From positions 187,061,741 to 187,125,740 of the forward strand of contig CM041465.1 of NCBI GenBank assembly GCA_023213395.1: a stretch of 64,000 nucleotides of DNA, written 5' to 3'. The stretch comes from Cycas panzhihuaensis. Taxonomy: Eukaryota > Plantae > Cycadophyta. The notes beneath the pieces were generated by a model. That model was not told where the DNA came from, did no database searches, and saw nothing but the letters and a program-made list of their open reading frames with translations. This document shows positions 1 through 14,244 of this stretch, piece after piece; the first letter of the stretch is position 1; each line of letters opens with the position of its first letter. Both the position numbers and the translations under genes were made by a program.

Positions 1-944
1 TTCAACAACTCCTGACCCAGAGAAGGATCCTGTTTTATCGCAAAATTCATGTGCAACAGCACCGTTCCTTCTACTTGACGCAGCACCTCGGCCGAATTCT
101 TGCCATTGGACTGAGAGCCAAACCCCCTTCTATTATCAGCATGTTCAGCCGAAGCCCTCGACATGAAGTCCCCAAAAAATTTGACAATGCCTCCAAGAAC
201 AGCCTTCTTGTGACCCTTGGAGGCGAAAAGCAGAAGCTGGTAAACGAGGGAAGGGAGGTCCTGAGGCTCTGCCCTTTTCATACGACCAAATACCTTCTTC
301 AAGAAACCCTCAACCTGATTCTTATTTAGCTGCATTTCACGCAGTATACCGACCATTCTGGTTAGCATGACCTTGGACCACTTTGCATGCAATACGCGAT
401 TTAAAACAAATCCGGCATACTCGGAGCTGCTGCTCACCAGAACCTCCCCGTCCTGACCGGGAACCTTAACCTCGGGTGTAGACATAATCAGATTCAAGCA
501 CCTGGGCAAGAGCTGAAGCTGATAACCATCATCCGAACCAGTAATAGTTTCCAAGTTTGAGGCTATGAATTCTGCCATCGATGGAAGCGAACGCTTGGGA
601 AGAGCATCTAATTCTTGTATAAAGAAATCATAGCAGTCTATGCATTTCCTATCGTTAGGGATTTTCTTCGATTGAAATAAGGTTAAGCATTTCATCACAA
701 CGAGGAGTAGAAGCTCTGCAGGCCTGGAGGAGGGGTCGTCTCTGGCCATTCTTCCCAGGGTGAAAAATAAAGCTCGGACGTAGTCCATTATTGCCTGTCC
801 TGGGTCTTGATCCCTGGATCTCTTGTCTATGAACTCAAGAATAAGGTCATTGTCTTTTGACAGAATTAGGCGCTCCAGCTTATTAGAGCCTTCAGAGAAA
901 CCTGAAGATTTAACGTACTGAATAATTTCATCGTCCAACCCCAT
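1..944 (-). CDS. FANCI: Fanconi anemia group I protein, first coding exon (partial; continues past the left edge)
   Basis: Manual translation gives 314 uninterrupted codons from ATG 944 ([15 protein letters not shown]...), with an in-frame TAG just upstream. It contains [31 protein letters not shown] and [27 protein letters not shown], which I recognise as conserved FANCI segments. CpG is retained. Confidence 0.95.
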   Translation of the reverse strand, partial: MGLDDEIIQYVKSSGFSEGSNKLERLILSKDNDLILEFIDKRSRDQDPGQAIMDYVRALFFTLGRMARDDPSSRPAELLLLVVMKCLTLFQSKKIPNDRKCIDCYDFFIQELDALPKRSLPSMAEFIASNLETITGSDDGYQLQLLPRCLNLIMSTPEVKVPGQDGEVLVSSSSEYAGFVLNRVLHAKWSKVMLTRMVGILREMQLNKNQVEGFLKKVFGRMKRAEPQDLPSLVYQLLLFASKGHKKAVLGGIVKFFGDFMSRASAEHADNRRGFGSQSNGKNSAEVLRQVEGTVLLHMNFAIKQDPSLGQELL

Positions 945-1096
945 CTCTGCTGTTACTACTGAAATGCTCTATTTTCGGTTGCAAAATTGCTCTTCCTCGG
1001 ATGCTAAATCGGGAGAAAATAAATCTGTCTGTGTAGACAATTGTAGCGCTCCATGAACCAGAACTAGACAAACTCAAAACCAAAAGAAGAAAAAGC

Positions 1097-1104
1097 CCGC
1101 GAAA
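1097..1104 (-). promoter_or_regulatory. E2F-binding site TTTCGCGG in the FANCI proximal promoter/5' region
   Basis: Plus-strand ccgcgaaa matches the TTTSSCGS consensus, about 155 bp upstream of the ATG. DNA repair and replication genes are typical E2F targets. Confidence 0.6.
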
Positions 1105-1342
1105 TGCCATATCTCATCGGACAAGATGTAATTGCGGATGGAAAGGGAAATTACTCGTCCTTATAATAATTAATTAATCTCCCCCGGTAATAATAATAGT
1201 CAATTAAATTTTTGTCACTGAAGTTTGTTTCTTATTGCGTAGGTAAGTGCCCTCAAATAACTTGGAGGAGTCTCTCTATTACTAGGGCAGAGTATAAACT
1301 CCTATTTAAAAAAGGTTAAAAAAAATGTAGTGAATAGAGTAG

Positions 1343-1499
1343 TTTTGTGAGCATTTGACAAATAGATTAATTAATTATATATATATATATATATATATAA
1401 TTGATTAATATGTTTGTCAAATGCTCACAAAATTATATATATATATATAATTGATTAATTTGTTTGTCAAATGCTCATAAAATTATATATATATATATA
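1343..1499. repeat. (AT)n-centred inverted repeat plus a tandem copy of the right arm
   Basis: ttttgtgagcatttgacaaa (1343-1362) is the exact reverse complement of tttgtcaaatgctcacaaaa (1413-1432). The right arm recurs at 1463-1482 with one mismatch, and (AT)n tracts separate the arms. Confidence 0.9.
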
Positions 1500-4032
1500 G
1501 TTATGCACATACATTTATATATATAGTTATGTGAATTATTACTCAAATTAATCTACTTGTTAAATTGATGTGTGATTAATTCATAAATAATTATTATCAA
1601 ATCGTTGGCATGTGATCAATTCAAAGGCGATTATGGTGGGAGAAGTCTATTGGTGCTTACAGACGGTCCACTGTCTGCACTAATACTAATGTAGACTTAA
1701 TAGCCTGAGAGTGTTGATAGGCTTTCTTTATGAGATGTGGGATTGTACCATATATGAATCTATTTGGATAGGTTTCACTTTTGAAACATGTAATTCTATT
1801 ATGTGGTGTTGTGCATTCTATACATGGATATGTTTGGATAGATTTTTTCTTTTGAAATGTGTTGTGATTCTCTTACTAGTCTATGCATGAATTTGCCATG
1901 ATGAATTATTATAATAAATTTGATTCAATAGTGGTTGTAAAACAATGAATACATTTTATAATTACTCTTGTCAATGGAATAGAGTATTGAGTCATGGACA
2001 AAGTCACATGAAGGTGCCTAATAGCATAATTATATATTTTTTTGGTTTCAACATGACATTATCAATTACATTGGTCATAACCACTTTGTTAATAGGTTTG
2101 TGCTAAACTTTATATTAAATTTTTTAATATTTGGTTTTTCACTTAAAATATTATATAAATCTTTGGCCATGTGTTGTAGGGAATGAGTGGGTTTTTAATT
2201 GCAATGACACATATTCTTTTAATTGGTGAGTGGGTATCAAAAGTTGCCTAACATACTATTATAACTTTATGTGTGTGTGTGCTAGTTGCACACTAAATAT
2301 TGACAAAGTTGATTTGGTGTTTAAAATTATATCCACCCTACAAAGTCTTTCCTAAGGCATAGGGTTTGTTCATTAGTCCACCATTGAGTTGGGGCAAGGT
2401 TATCTTGATGTATAAAACCATATTTACCTTATAAAGCCTTTTCTAAAGTATGGAGTGTATCTTACTCTATTGTGGTATGATCATGTTCAAGTCATTGGCC
2501 TATACTTAGTAGGTATTAGTTAGTTCCACATTCAATACTACCAAGTTTAGCTTGGTTCACTCCACAAAGCATTTGTTAAATTGTACAATGAGTGCATACT
2601 ATGAGTGTGATGATCCTTTGTTCTTAATAATAGCTAATTACACATAAGTATTAATTAGATAATGTAAACTTTCTTTATGGGATATGTTACTAATTACTCT
2701 TTTTTTTTTTATAATTACTTTACTATTAATCACTACTTTATTAATTGCATTGCAATTTAATCTCTTATACTCTATTATTAGCACTTTTAAATGTTATATG
2801 GATATTTAATTGTATTATGATATGATCTCCGCTACTCTGCTACCACTTCTCTTTACGGTCATGAAATGATCTCTACTCAAAAGTTAGTTAGCTCACTATT
2901 ACTACTAGTCTATTATTTAAAATAATTACTCTATTACAACTATTATACCTTTGATCCCTATGCTACTACAACCACTCTACTAAGGTTGTTATTGCTACTA
3001 CTCTTCCATTAATCTCCACTCCAATAATAGCATGCTACTAAAATTCATAATGTAATATGTGTAGTCCCTTTATATTAAAAAAGTATGAAATTTTTTATTT
3101 GTTTGGAATGGTGCAATTATTTAATAGGCATTTGGTTTAAAATGGTAAACACACTAGATAGTTTGTATTAGATTAGTAATATTAGCATTTCATAATTATA
3201 AAATAAAAGATAGTTAGTGAGATAACATATTTTTTAATAATTCAAACATTTTGTAATATATTGATTGAAATTGTTGCTTATAAAACTCTACTCTATGGTT
3301 GGAATTTCTAGCTAAACATTCAATTCACTTTTTAGTGAATGCCATAACTCAATTCTCACTCATACATATTTATAACTATGAAATGACATAACCCATTTAC
3401 TTATTATGAAAAGCAAACAAAATGCATCCCATCCCCTTATTAAAATTGAAATGTATGTGTTGCTCCATTTAATATAATTTCATAGTTACTGTAATTGGTG
3501 TACAAGAACTAACATAATGGTAGGTGGATTATATGTATAAAACTTTATTCATAACCTCTCAATATTTTCTAGTTGTTATTGTATTTGGTATATTTTAAAT
3601 ATACAATAATTATAATATAAGCAAACTTTTTTTTTTTTTTGCTATATTTTGCTATAACTTGTGTTGCTTTTCTAATTATATTTTAGGTGTCACACTATGA
3701 ACCTTGGTACTAAATGAATTATTCAGCTTTAAGTCATTGATATCTTTGTTTCATTAGTAAGTCCATGTAAGCTTACAAGAGTTATTGTTTATTTTCAATT
3801 AAACTATTGGTAAAATTTTTACACTAATATTTTGAATAAAAGTGAGTTAATAAATGGCCCATATTATTAGTGGGATAATATCTCTTTGCCTTACTAATAT
3901 AAAGAATGTTTAACATAATTAGAGGTGATAACTTGAGGAAACCTAATAGCCTTGCACCTCGTATTTTTATTTTACACTCATCCCCATTGTGCATTTACCA
4001 TCATTTATTACAAAGGTGTACATCATTAATAT

Positions 4033-6305
4033 TGTTTCCATTATTCTTAATGGAAGAAATAGAATAACAACCCTCTTTAAGGTGAGAAGACCTCTAAATA
4101 CTGCTAAGGTAGTCACCGCAAGTATAGAACTAAAACTAAGATGATTACCTTTAAGTACGAGATGGGTATTTATTGTCATCGTATCCCATCCCTAATTTCC
4201 CCTCTAAAATACTAACTTCTTAATTGATTATTAATTATTTTAATTCCTTTATTTTTAGAACATAATAAATTCCTTCCATTGAAAAGATGATTTACCCTTA
4301 ATGCATTAGAAAATATAAGTCTTATTGACACCAACCTTCATCATCCCATATAGCATCATCTTCTTCCATGTTTTATATTTTTTAGATATTCTTTGATTTG
4401 CCTTGTTTGTAATTGCTTAATCCTGGTATCAAGAATCCCTTTTGGGTATAATAACAATGATTCTTTGTTATTGAACTCTGGTAAAGTTGTATGCAGCCTA
4501 ATAATATCATGATCTTAAATCAATTTTGATGAAGAACTATGGTCTGTGTAATTCATCGAAGAGGTCATCGATATGTAGTATTATGTAACGATTATTGATT
4601 ATTACCTTGTTTAATGGACTATAATTTACACACATCTTATAGGAGCCATTCCTTTTGGGCACTAATATGACTAAGTAATGAAAGGGCTTTGTTTTGGAAC
4701 AATTACACCTTACTCTAATAAGTCATGTATAAATTTCCTAATGATTGCCTTATGATGGTACAAGTGCCCATAAGGTTTAGCATTAATGGGTGTTATGTTT
4801 AGTTCTAACTTTATGATATGTTCCATCCTTTTATTTAGTGGATATTCCTTTAAGAGGTCTTTAAGATCCCTTAAGTGTTCTTGTAAGATGACTTGCATGT
4901 CTAGGTAGACTTCTATTCCTACTTTAAAGGATTTGTGTATATCAACTTCTTCCTCTTTAAATTGCTTGAAAGTAAACTCTTCCTTACTTGGTTCATCTAT
5001 CATGATTATTTCCTCCTCAAATTAGTCATGAGTAGACTTCTCTTTACTTAGTTCATGTATTTCAATTAGTTCTTCTTTATTTTGTTCCAACATATTAGTT
5101 AATTTTTCTTTAATTTATCCAATAATTTCTTTAAAGTCATACTTTCAATATTTAACCCTCAAATTTGTAAAGGCCTTATTAGTGTGTTTATCAGAATGCT
5201 CATCCCACCACTTTTGAATCCTTTTATTGGAGTTTATGGGGGAAATTATTGATAATATTTTCCAAGAATATATCTTAGAAGTTTGGTAATACCAATTATA
5301 AAACTACTTAAGAGCCTCACCATCAAAATATAGCTTAATAATCTTCTTTTAATGTTTAGTGGGTGATTTTATATTGTGCATCAATCATGTCCAACCTTGC
5401 TATAAGCTTAGCTCTTCCAACCTTAGTGAAAATTAGAGTATCTATTTTAAATGTTTACTAAATAATTATAAAAATAATTACTTTTTAAGAAAAAAATAAG
5501 GCCAAAAAAGACCTTTATTGCCAAAATAAGAATAGCTTGTATTTTAACCCTAAACATTGAATGAAACCCCCTTTAATATAAATGAAATTAAAAATTACTT
5601 ATAATAAATTTAGTTTAAGGTAATTTAGTGACTTGTAGCTTATGCAATGATATTTTAAATTTGATTAAAATTTAGGATTTTGAGGGATAACAATGATACC
5701 TATCACTAATTTATTAATAACCTTTGAACATGATATCCAATTTAAATAAAACTACTTTTAACTAAAAATAGACTTCAATATGTACCTATTCAAAAAATCG
5801 AAGGTCTATTGTAGGCCCTATTATAATTATTGAAATTATAGTAGCAATTTTTTAGACATATAAACAGTAACAAGTAATGAGTCGAGATTGAAACCCTTTT
5901 AAATCTTGTAATTTTGCCCCAAAACTAATAGTATAACCACTTAAAATTTGTAAAATATGTTTTCTTGTCTTAAATATGTGGTCTTTTTCCTATACCTGGT
6001 TATTTATACCCTTGATATGATAGATAAGTGATAAAAAATTAATTGGCCAAAATCACACTCTAATATCGATTGTTGCCACCCTCCTTAGTGGAAGTAATAA
6101 AATAGTATCCCTCTTTGAGGTAAAGAGGCCTCCAAAATGTTGTTAAGATAGTCACCTTGAGTATAGAACCAAAATTAAGATAATTATCCTTGAGTATAAG
6201 ATGGGTAACTATAGTCATCTTAGCCCACCCCTAATTTCCCCTCAAAATATCAACTTCTTAATTGAATATTAATTATTCCAATTCCTTTATTTTTTGAATA
6301 TAACA
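4033..6305 (-). mobile_element. Internally deleted chromovirus-type Ty3/gypsy element with both LTRs (2.27 kb)
   Basis: Two 235-bp direct repeats (4033-4267 and 6071-6305), TSD aatat/aatgt, and a degraded Met-type PBS at ~6058-6070. Remnants of gag, RT N-terminus (VILVPKRNGSYKMCVNY..HIDDLFDEL..KIDLRS) and chromodomain (PKGILDTR..IKEYL..NMEEDDAIWDDE). Confidence 0.85.
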
Positions 6306-7249
6306 AATGTCCTTGAACCTCGTATATTTGTTTGGAAGCTTATTCACTTTCCCTATGGCTAAGTTCTTTGTCACTACTCCAACTTCAACATTTATAACTT
6401 GAACTATAACTTAGATATCACCATTTTCCTTATGTGGAATATATACTTGCATAATCCCATTTATGACCTTTTATAGTTTTTTAAGCATAGTTGAACACTA
6501 AGTCAAAGTAATATATATTGATAATAATTTATCTCTTTGACACAATGAGAATTCATTTGGGATAACTTAATAGTCAAGTCATTTGTTTGATGTATGATTA
6601 TAGGTATAGTCCATGAATATGCCTTTATAATAATATGCCTCTAATATCATTAGGTACCTACTCTTTAATAATTTGGCTAATTATATATCCTTTTCGCTTT
6701 TCCAGTTATCGTTTGCATAACTTATAACTAGATATTACTCAAATTTGATCTTTGAAATATGTAGAAAACCTTTAATGCCTACCTCTAAGATCTCATAAAT
6801 TACAATACTAAAAATAAAGTTTTGAAAGTTAATTAGGTTTTGATATTTGAAATGAAATCATGATGGTGGCCTTGAAAATCATTTTGATTAGTATATCTTA
6901 CGAAAAAAAAAATTGACCCTATCCATTCTTAGAAGTCTAACAACCTGGAAACCATTAATGTGTTTATTCTAATATCAATTTGAGCATGAAACTCAAATTG
7001 GTATTATAATAAACATATAGACGAACTCAAATGAAGCTTACATAGATAATTACATCTTTGGAATGGACTTAAAATAGATATTTCTTAATAAAATTTCATC
7101 GAACACTAAATCAAGTTCACAAACCCTACCTTAACACTTTCCTATAACAAAGCTTGAAAATTTATTAGCTCAACAACTTAAGAATATATAAAAAGTTCCA
7201 CATAGAGTTATTTTATTAATTGAATGAGTCCTTTTACATCGAAGTCCTT

Positions 7250-10200
7250 GAGGATGAGGGCTAAAACTTAGAGAGATAAAATAAGAGATTGAGTATTTGA
7301 GACCAATCCTTTAATTATCAATTACAATGACCAAAAGGGATGATGATGATACTTTGACCAATAAAACTCTCATATGTTTATGGGATCTACCCTTGGGATA
7401 AAGATTCTTATAGCATAATAGATCTCTTAAACCCCGAAAAAATATTCCTTATAGGTAAAAATTCTTAACTTGCACTATGTTCTTACTCTCATACTCATGA
7501 TATTTGTATGATATAATGTGTCTTACATTTATAGAGAAGTGTGGAGAAAAATAGTTAGATAGTAATGCTCCTAATGGAAATATTATATCTAAGTGAAATT
7601 CTTGGAGAGCATGCCATGTAGAAGAATAATGTCCAAGTTTAAAGACATAGTTGAGAAGTTATAATGTAGTTATGTCATAACTAAGCGTTAAGGTAATGTA
7701 GAAGCCCAATGCTTGTTCATGCTTAACAAATGTCTTTATATACCCTCTACATGCGTAATATGGATGAGAATGGGCCAAGCAAATAAGAGTATGCTCCACT
7801 TATGCTATAGTCTCCCTATACTTAGTTATGGTTCCATCAACCTATCTGTGCAAGATGTGGATGTTCTTCCTCCAAGTCATGTGTATGCATATATAAGCTA
7901 CAAGTGTGTACATGTAAGTTGTGAGCATACACATGTCATTTAGTCTTCTAGCGTAAGTTGTACTAAATATGGTTATAACTACTAATATTATATATATCCC
8001 AACATTATTATCTATATATGTATAAGTATACTATCTTAACACATTAAATCCTATATTTCTTAATGAGAATTGATTAATAATATACCATTATTTTAATATA
8101 TATTTATACCATAGTTCCATAGTATTATCTTGAACCTATCTAAGTGTTACACTTGCATTGTACTTTTATTCCTATACCAGAACATTAATTAAGTTGTTAT
8201 CAATTCCTTTTAGCATAAGTACGAATGGAGCATATTACTTTATTTGAGAGATATGAGAAGTATTTTCTAGCTCTATTTATGATATCCATTTTACTTGGCA
8301 TGGATATTGTCATTTCCTATATATGAAATAGATGAACTCAAATCTTATTTTCCTCACCTTAATATCATGAAGTGTATCCATAGTCATTGGAGGTTGGAAA
8401 TCTAACATTAGGTCTCTTAAATGTATGATTGGTTTGTCAGCCTCTTACTCCAAATTGGTTATCTTATATAACTGCAAGTTATTTGTATTAACCATTAGAT
8501 GTACCCCAATTAAGGTAGGAGACTAAGTTCACAAGTAATAGTCCTAATCATCTATGTGACAGCATATATGTTATATCTTATAGGTTTGAGTTTATAATGA
8601 AATATCCCTTTAAACATTTATTTGTCAAAGTGCAACTAGACTTTATCTCTAACTTTGAAATATAAGACCAACTTATGTTTATCATGAAATTCCATTTATT
8701 TCCCTTGTTTCTTAAAAAATGCTTTGTTAATCTTTAAATAAAGTTTGTTTAAGTTATAAATAAATGATATTACTTTATCTTTCTTGTATTATAAACAATG
8801 GCATGTTTCACTCGGAAGAGTCAAAGGAAACTCATTTGTAGCTTTAAGTTGAAATCTCAAATAAACCTTAAATGTTAAATGAGATGGATATGTATGTATC
8901 CCTATGGTATAGGCATGTTGAATATGTCAAAGTGTTCTTTAGGTTTCCTTTGTTGTAGATATATTCTAAGCATTTGTCTATGGATGAAAGGCTATTAAGA
9001 ACTTAAGGTTTATCTCTAACATCTACCATCATATTATTTAAAAGGATGATTGAAAACCTTCAATCCCTCTTTGATGTGATAGTCATAGGAATCCTAAACT
9101 ACACCGAAATATACTTAAAGAAAATATATGGTGTGCCTTGGGTATTAGGCATCTTTTTATAAGGTATGAAGGTGGTCATTTTATTGAATCTATCTATTAC
9201 CACTAAGATTGTATCATTCTATATCTAAGTTAGTAGTAGCCTATTAATATTGATTCTCAAGGCCATGAAGTTATAAATAGTGGTGCTTAGAGTCTTTTAT
9301 ATTCCTTAGCTTGGATTTGCTACATAAGGAATGCTACCTAGTATATACTTGAACATTTTGTTTCACCCTTATCTAAAAGAAAAAAATTTAAAGGTGTTAA
9401 GGGGTTTTGCCCACGTGAAGTGTCCATTATATATTGATAAACATGGTTCATTTAAGAGTTCTTACCTTGCACTCCTCTTTAGAGCATATAAGATGCCTAA
9501 CCTATATAGATATCTATTCTTAAGCTTGGATTCTATAAATAGTTATTACTGTACTTATGTTGTTTCTTAAGTGATAAACTATAGTTATTTAAAATTTTTA
9601 TCATTTAAGTATAATTCCCCTTACTCTTCAAATCCAAAATATTTGGTCTTTCATAATAAAAGTTAGAGTACTAACCATAGGCCTACTTAATAAGTTCTCT
9701 AGAAGTTAGTACTTCTTCCTTTCTTAAACATGATAACAAAGATAATCCATTGTAAGTAAGAGGTCTATCTCATATATGCATATTATTGGATTTTTGTTTA
9801 AGATGTGTGAACTTATAAAGGTTGGTGATCTATATACTCCACTATCTCTTTGTTTGGGAGTATGTCTCCAATAGTCCAATGCTTATACTAATGCATATAA
9901 CTCCTTATCATAGGTGCTCTATTTTGGTCTATCTAATGAGAATGTTTCTAAATTACATTCTTTGGATTCCTCTCCCTACATAAGTATGCCACCCATTACA
10001 TATATGAACCATCACTTTCTAACTTACCTCTTCTAATAGGTAAAATGCATCATCTTGCAACTTTCCTTATGTAAAATGAGTATTCTTGTTTTTCATGAAG
10101 TATAGTGGAAGTGTCATTTATGAATATCATAAGATGATCTCCTTATAGAGGTTTACTCACCCAAGGGAGCTCTTTAATTAAGTGAGCGACTTTAGAGACA

Positions 10201-11124
10201 ACCAATCATTGAGTACTTGGGTTTTTTATGGATCAACATGTACTCCTTCCTCATTGATAATGAATCCTAAATAAACAACCTATTACAATCTAAAAGAATG
10301 CTTCTTTAAATTAGCTTGTAGTTTATGTATTTTAAGCTTGTCTAATACTAAATATAGATGTCCTATGTGCTCTTCCCATGACTTATTATATATGCATATG
10401 TCATTCAAATATACCAATACATGAGTCTATATCTACAACTTTAAGATGTTATCTATAATATGCATAAATATAGTTGAGGCATTGGTGAATCCAAACTATA
10501 TTACTAACCACTTATATAGTCAAGATTTTTTTTAAAAACATTATCTTACTTCACCTTAACTTGGCGACTTCCATTTATGGATGTATATCTCTTTGTTATT
10601 ACTCCTCTATAGATGATAAATAAGCACTTTCTTTCACAAGATTAGAAGAATAAGACTTTGAGCTATATTGGCCAACCTTTTGGCTGGAGAAATAGGTACT
10701 AAAGATAATATACTATATAATGTAGGTAATTTATATTTTTCCCCATCATTAGTAAATGTATACATTTTTTTTTTACTATAATATATGACAAACCTCTTAT
10801 ATTGATAGGGCTTTCTAGGCAAGATGCCATGGCAGCCCATATTTGTAACATCGCATTATGCATCATTAATAATGAATTGATCACATATTTAACTATGTAT
10901 ATTTTATCCACTTTATTTATGCATCTCCCTATCTTGATCTATAATATCCCATGGCATACATTATATATTTATTATGCATTTCCTTATATACATTTCATTA
11001 TACATGTGGTACTTCGTATTCCATCTTACATTAAGACGTAACCACCACTTTTCTTGTAAAATAGGAACCTAATGACATTACCCATTGAGTATGAGGTATG
11101 TACTATGGTACAATATATTTTTCA
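7250..11124 (-). mobile_element. Degraded Ty3/gypsy element, CRM-like (protease region, RT, RH, IN, 3' LTR)
   Basis: RT remnant LYKWLVI*FGFTNASTIFM..VLVYLNDI at ~10400-10520; GCHGILPRKPYQY..YTFTNDG at 10634-10840; integrase at ~8600-9700. The 3' LTR begins TGAT at 8202 after a purine tract. The left boundary is approximate. Confidence 0.7.
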
Positions 11125-13710
11125 TGTTAAGATTATTGCAAATATGAGTAAAATCAAAGTGAAAAATAACAAGTAAATAAGAGTAAGAGGTCACAATTAC
11201 ACAATGAGTTATAATAAATAATCTTGTAATAGATCATAATTGAATACAACAAGTCCTCAATCTGCTCTCATTACATCAACTAATCACTTCATTGAATTAA
11301 TGAGAGTGAGATCACTCATTAACAATAAGCGTGTGGACAAAGAGTAAAGTAGTAAAGTAAGGAAACATCAAGGTATAACTCATGGATGCTTTTGCATGTA
11401 AGAGAATAAATATAGAAATATAACTCTCGAGAGAACCTACCCAACATGGCTCATTAGTTAAGCCAAAGAAAATAATGAGTAAGAATTAGATATTATTTTT
11501 AATACCCCCTCATAATATGTAATTTATTATGCTTTTTAAACCTCTCAAACTTCTCATAACTTAACGCCTTAATGAGAATGCCATCAAGTTGATCATCAGT
11601 TGGATAATAGACCAACTTAACTACTTTATATTGCACTTGATCTCAAATAAAGTGATGATAAACTTCCACATATTTTATCTTAGCTTGGAATAATAGATTC
11701 TTTAAAATATGGATTGCACCTTAATTGTTACAAAACAATAGTATAGGATCATCTTGCAGAAGTTCAAAGCGACCAAATAACCTCCTCAATCAAATTATTT
11801 CATAAGTAGTTATAATTACTACCTTACCTCTATTTCAATGGAAGACAAAGAGATTGTAGCTTCCTTATTGCTACACCAAGAAACCATACTAGAACTAGAG
11901 CCAAATACACATCCTAATGTAGATATCCTATCATCAACATCTCTTGCATAAGATGAGTTTGTAGAGCCATGTAATCTGAACTCATTAACTCTAGAAAACA
12001 AGAGTTCAAATCTGATAGTGCCCTTAACATATCTCATTATACACTTCATTGCCTTCTAATAAGAGATGGATGGGGCACTCATAAATTAGGTTACAACATA
12101 ACTAATGTTATACATAGTGGTAGTAAGGTAGATGAGGCTATATAGTAATTGCTTATACAAAGAACCATCAATATTATAACATCGCTTCCTTAGTCAATTT
12201 GAGGCTTACTTACATAGGAGTATCCATTGGCTTTAAATCCTCCATAAGAATGCCTCAATAAATAATGTGCATATTTGGACTAAAATATAAAAAATATTAT
12301 CATCTTTCTGCCAAAATTCCATCCTAAGATAATAATATAGAAGGCCAAGATCAGACATCTTAAGAGCTTCAAAAAGTAGCTTCTCAAAATAATGATTTGA
12401 GAAGTGTTATTATCTTTAATAAGGAGGTCATTAACATAGAGAATTATAATAAATATCTCACTCCCCTCATGTTTTATATGTAAATTATAATATGATTTAT
12501 ATATAATGAACCCAAAAGAAATGAAGTAAGTATTAATGCATGAATACCATGCCCTTGGTGCCTATTTAAGCCCATATACAACTTTCTTTAACTTACATAC
12601 AAGATGTTCCTCATCAACCTAAATGAAACTTTTAAGATATTGCATATTGACCTCCTCATTAAGAATGCCATAAAGGAAAGCACTATTGACATCCATCTGG
12701 TGGAGTTTCTAACTAAAATAAGATGTAAGATTATCTAACATTTAAATGGCAGTTATTTTAGTTATAAGTGTAAAAGTCTCTTTAAATCTACATCTTCAAT
12801 CTACACATATCCCTCAACTATAAGTCAAGCCTTGTATTTGTTAATAACATCATCAAATTAATACTTCACTTTTACACCCATCTATAACCAATAGTTTCTT
12901 TCTTAAAGGAAGCTCAACGAGATTTTATATGTCATTTTTAAGAATGGAGTCACACTCCTCTTATATAACTAATTATTAATGAAATGCATCCTTAGCTTTA
13001 ATAAATGACCAAGGGTCATCAATATTTAAGATATTTGATATCAAGGTATAATTAACCTTTATGTCTAAACACCTACATAGTGTTGATGTCACAGTCTTTG
13101 GAATCTTTGATAGTTTAAGTATATCATTTAGGTAACTTTTAAGAGGAGAGGAGGAAGATAGAACATCAATAGGAGTTTTCTTTCTCTTCACTCTTTTTAT
13201 TAGTTCCATTCTTTATTTTTGTGCTTTTAGTATCATCATTTATAATGGGAACAATTCCTACATCAAACTCATTAAATAAAATATCTATAATTATTATAAT
13301 CTTCCTCTATAAGGGATCCTAGAGCATGTAAGCTTTAGATGACTAATTACACCCAATAGAAATATATTTATGACTTTTTTCATCAAGTTTTCATCCCTTT
13401 ATATTAGGCACATAAATAAAATAGTACATCCAAACACTCAATAATTATAAGTTGAGGGTTTTTTGTATGTCCAAGTTTCTTCAAGAGTTATATTTCGAAC
13501 AACTATAGTTAGACTTCTATTTAAATTATACATAATTGTATTCATATCTTCATCCCCAAAACCATTTAAGACATTTTTAGCTTTAAGCATATATCTAGCC
13601 ATCTAAAAAATGGTGTGATTCTTCCTTTTAGACACATCATTTTATTATGGTATATAAGATATAGTTGATTGTCGTTTAATGTCGTGATCTTTGTAGAAAG
13701 TAGTGAATTT
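11125..13710 (-). mobile_element. 5'-truncated Ty1/copia element (IN, RT, RH, PPT, 3' LTR 11125-11504) inserted into the CRM-like element
   Basis: ORF 11819-12049 reads MRYVKGT..DDRISTLGCVF..VSWCSNKEATISLSSIEIE. PPT ccccctca at 11505; RT and integrase remnants at 12050-13700. Confidence 0.85.
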
Positions 13711-13739
13711 AATTGTTATTACATGACTATTCATGCTCA

Positions 13740-14244
13740 AGACATAAATAAGATAACATTTTATATATGTTGAGGATCATTAAAGTTTAAGGTCATGCCA
13801 TTTAGGCTAACCAATATACTTAGAACATTCTAGTTAATGATGAGTTAAGTACTTGTATCATTTTTTAGGTTGTTCATTATGGTTTTCTTTGACGACATTT
13901 TAGTTTATAGCACAACATGGGAGGAACACTTCTAACATCTAGAAATAACATTGGTGCCATTACAAGACAAGAAGTTTTATACTGAAAGGCTAAAATACAA
14001 CTTTAGCGAAATGACACTACATTATTTAGGACATATAATCTCATGAAGGGATGAAAATTGATGCAACTAAGGTACAAGCCATCATTTACTAACTAGTTCT
14101 AAAGAATGTACCAAAAGTACGAGGCTTCTTAGAGCTCATGAGATACTATCAAAAAATGATTAAAGGGTATATGACCATCATAGGACCACTAACTGATTTA
14201 TATAAGAAGAATAGATTCAAGTGGAGTAAAGTAACTGATGAAAG
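13740..14244 (+). mobile_element. Chromovirus-type Ty3/gypsy RT fragment (host element, piece 1)
   Basis: Reads KVMPFRLTN..VFFDDILVYSTTWEEH..VRGFLELMRYY..KKNRFKWSKVTDES and ends at the Tat LTR start. Confidence 0.85.

Noticed and set aside
51-329. 92-aa plus-strand ORF
   Set aside because: Antisense shadow of the FANCI exon.
928-1110. Secreted peptide gene or alternative FANCI N-terminus
   Set aside because: It is in a different frame from FANCI, and the hydrophobic start is explained by a pyrimidine-rich leader. Kept only as a uORF candidate.
1600-3900. Weak degenerate repeats and TACTAC-rich tracts upstream of FANCI
   Set aside because: No termini, TSD or coding signal could be supported.
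6310-7200. Possible gypsy gag/leader remnant continuing at 3900-4030
   Set aside because: Too degraded to assign with confidence.
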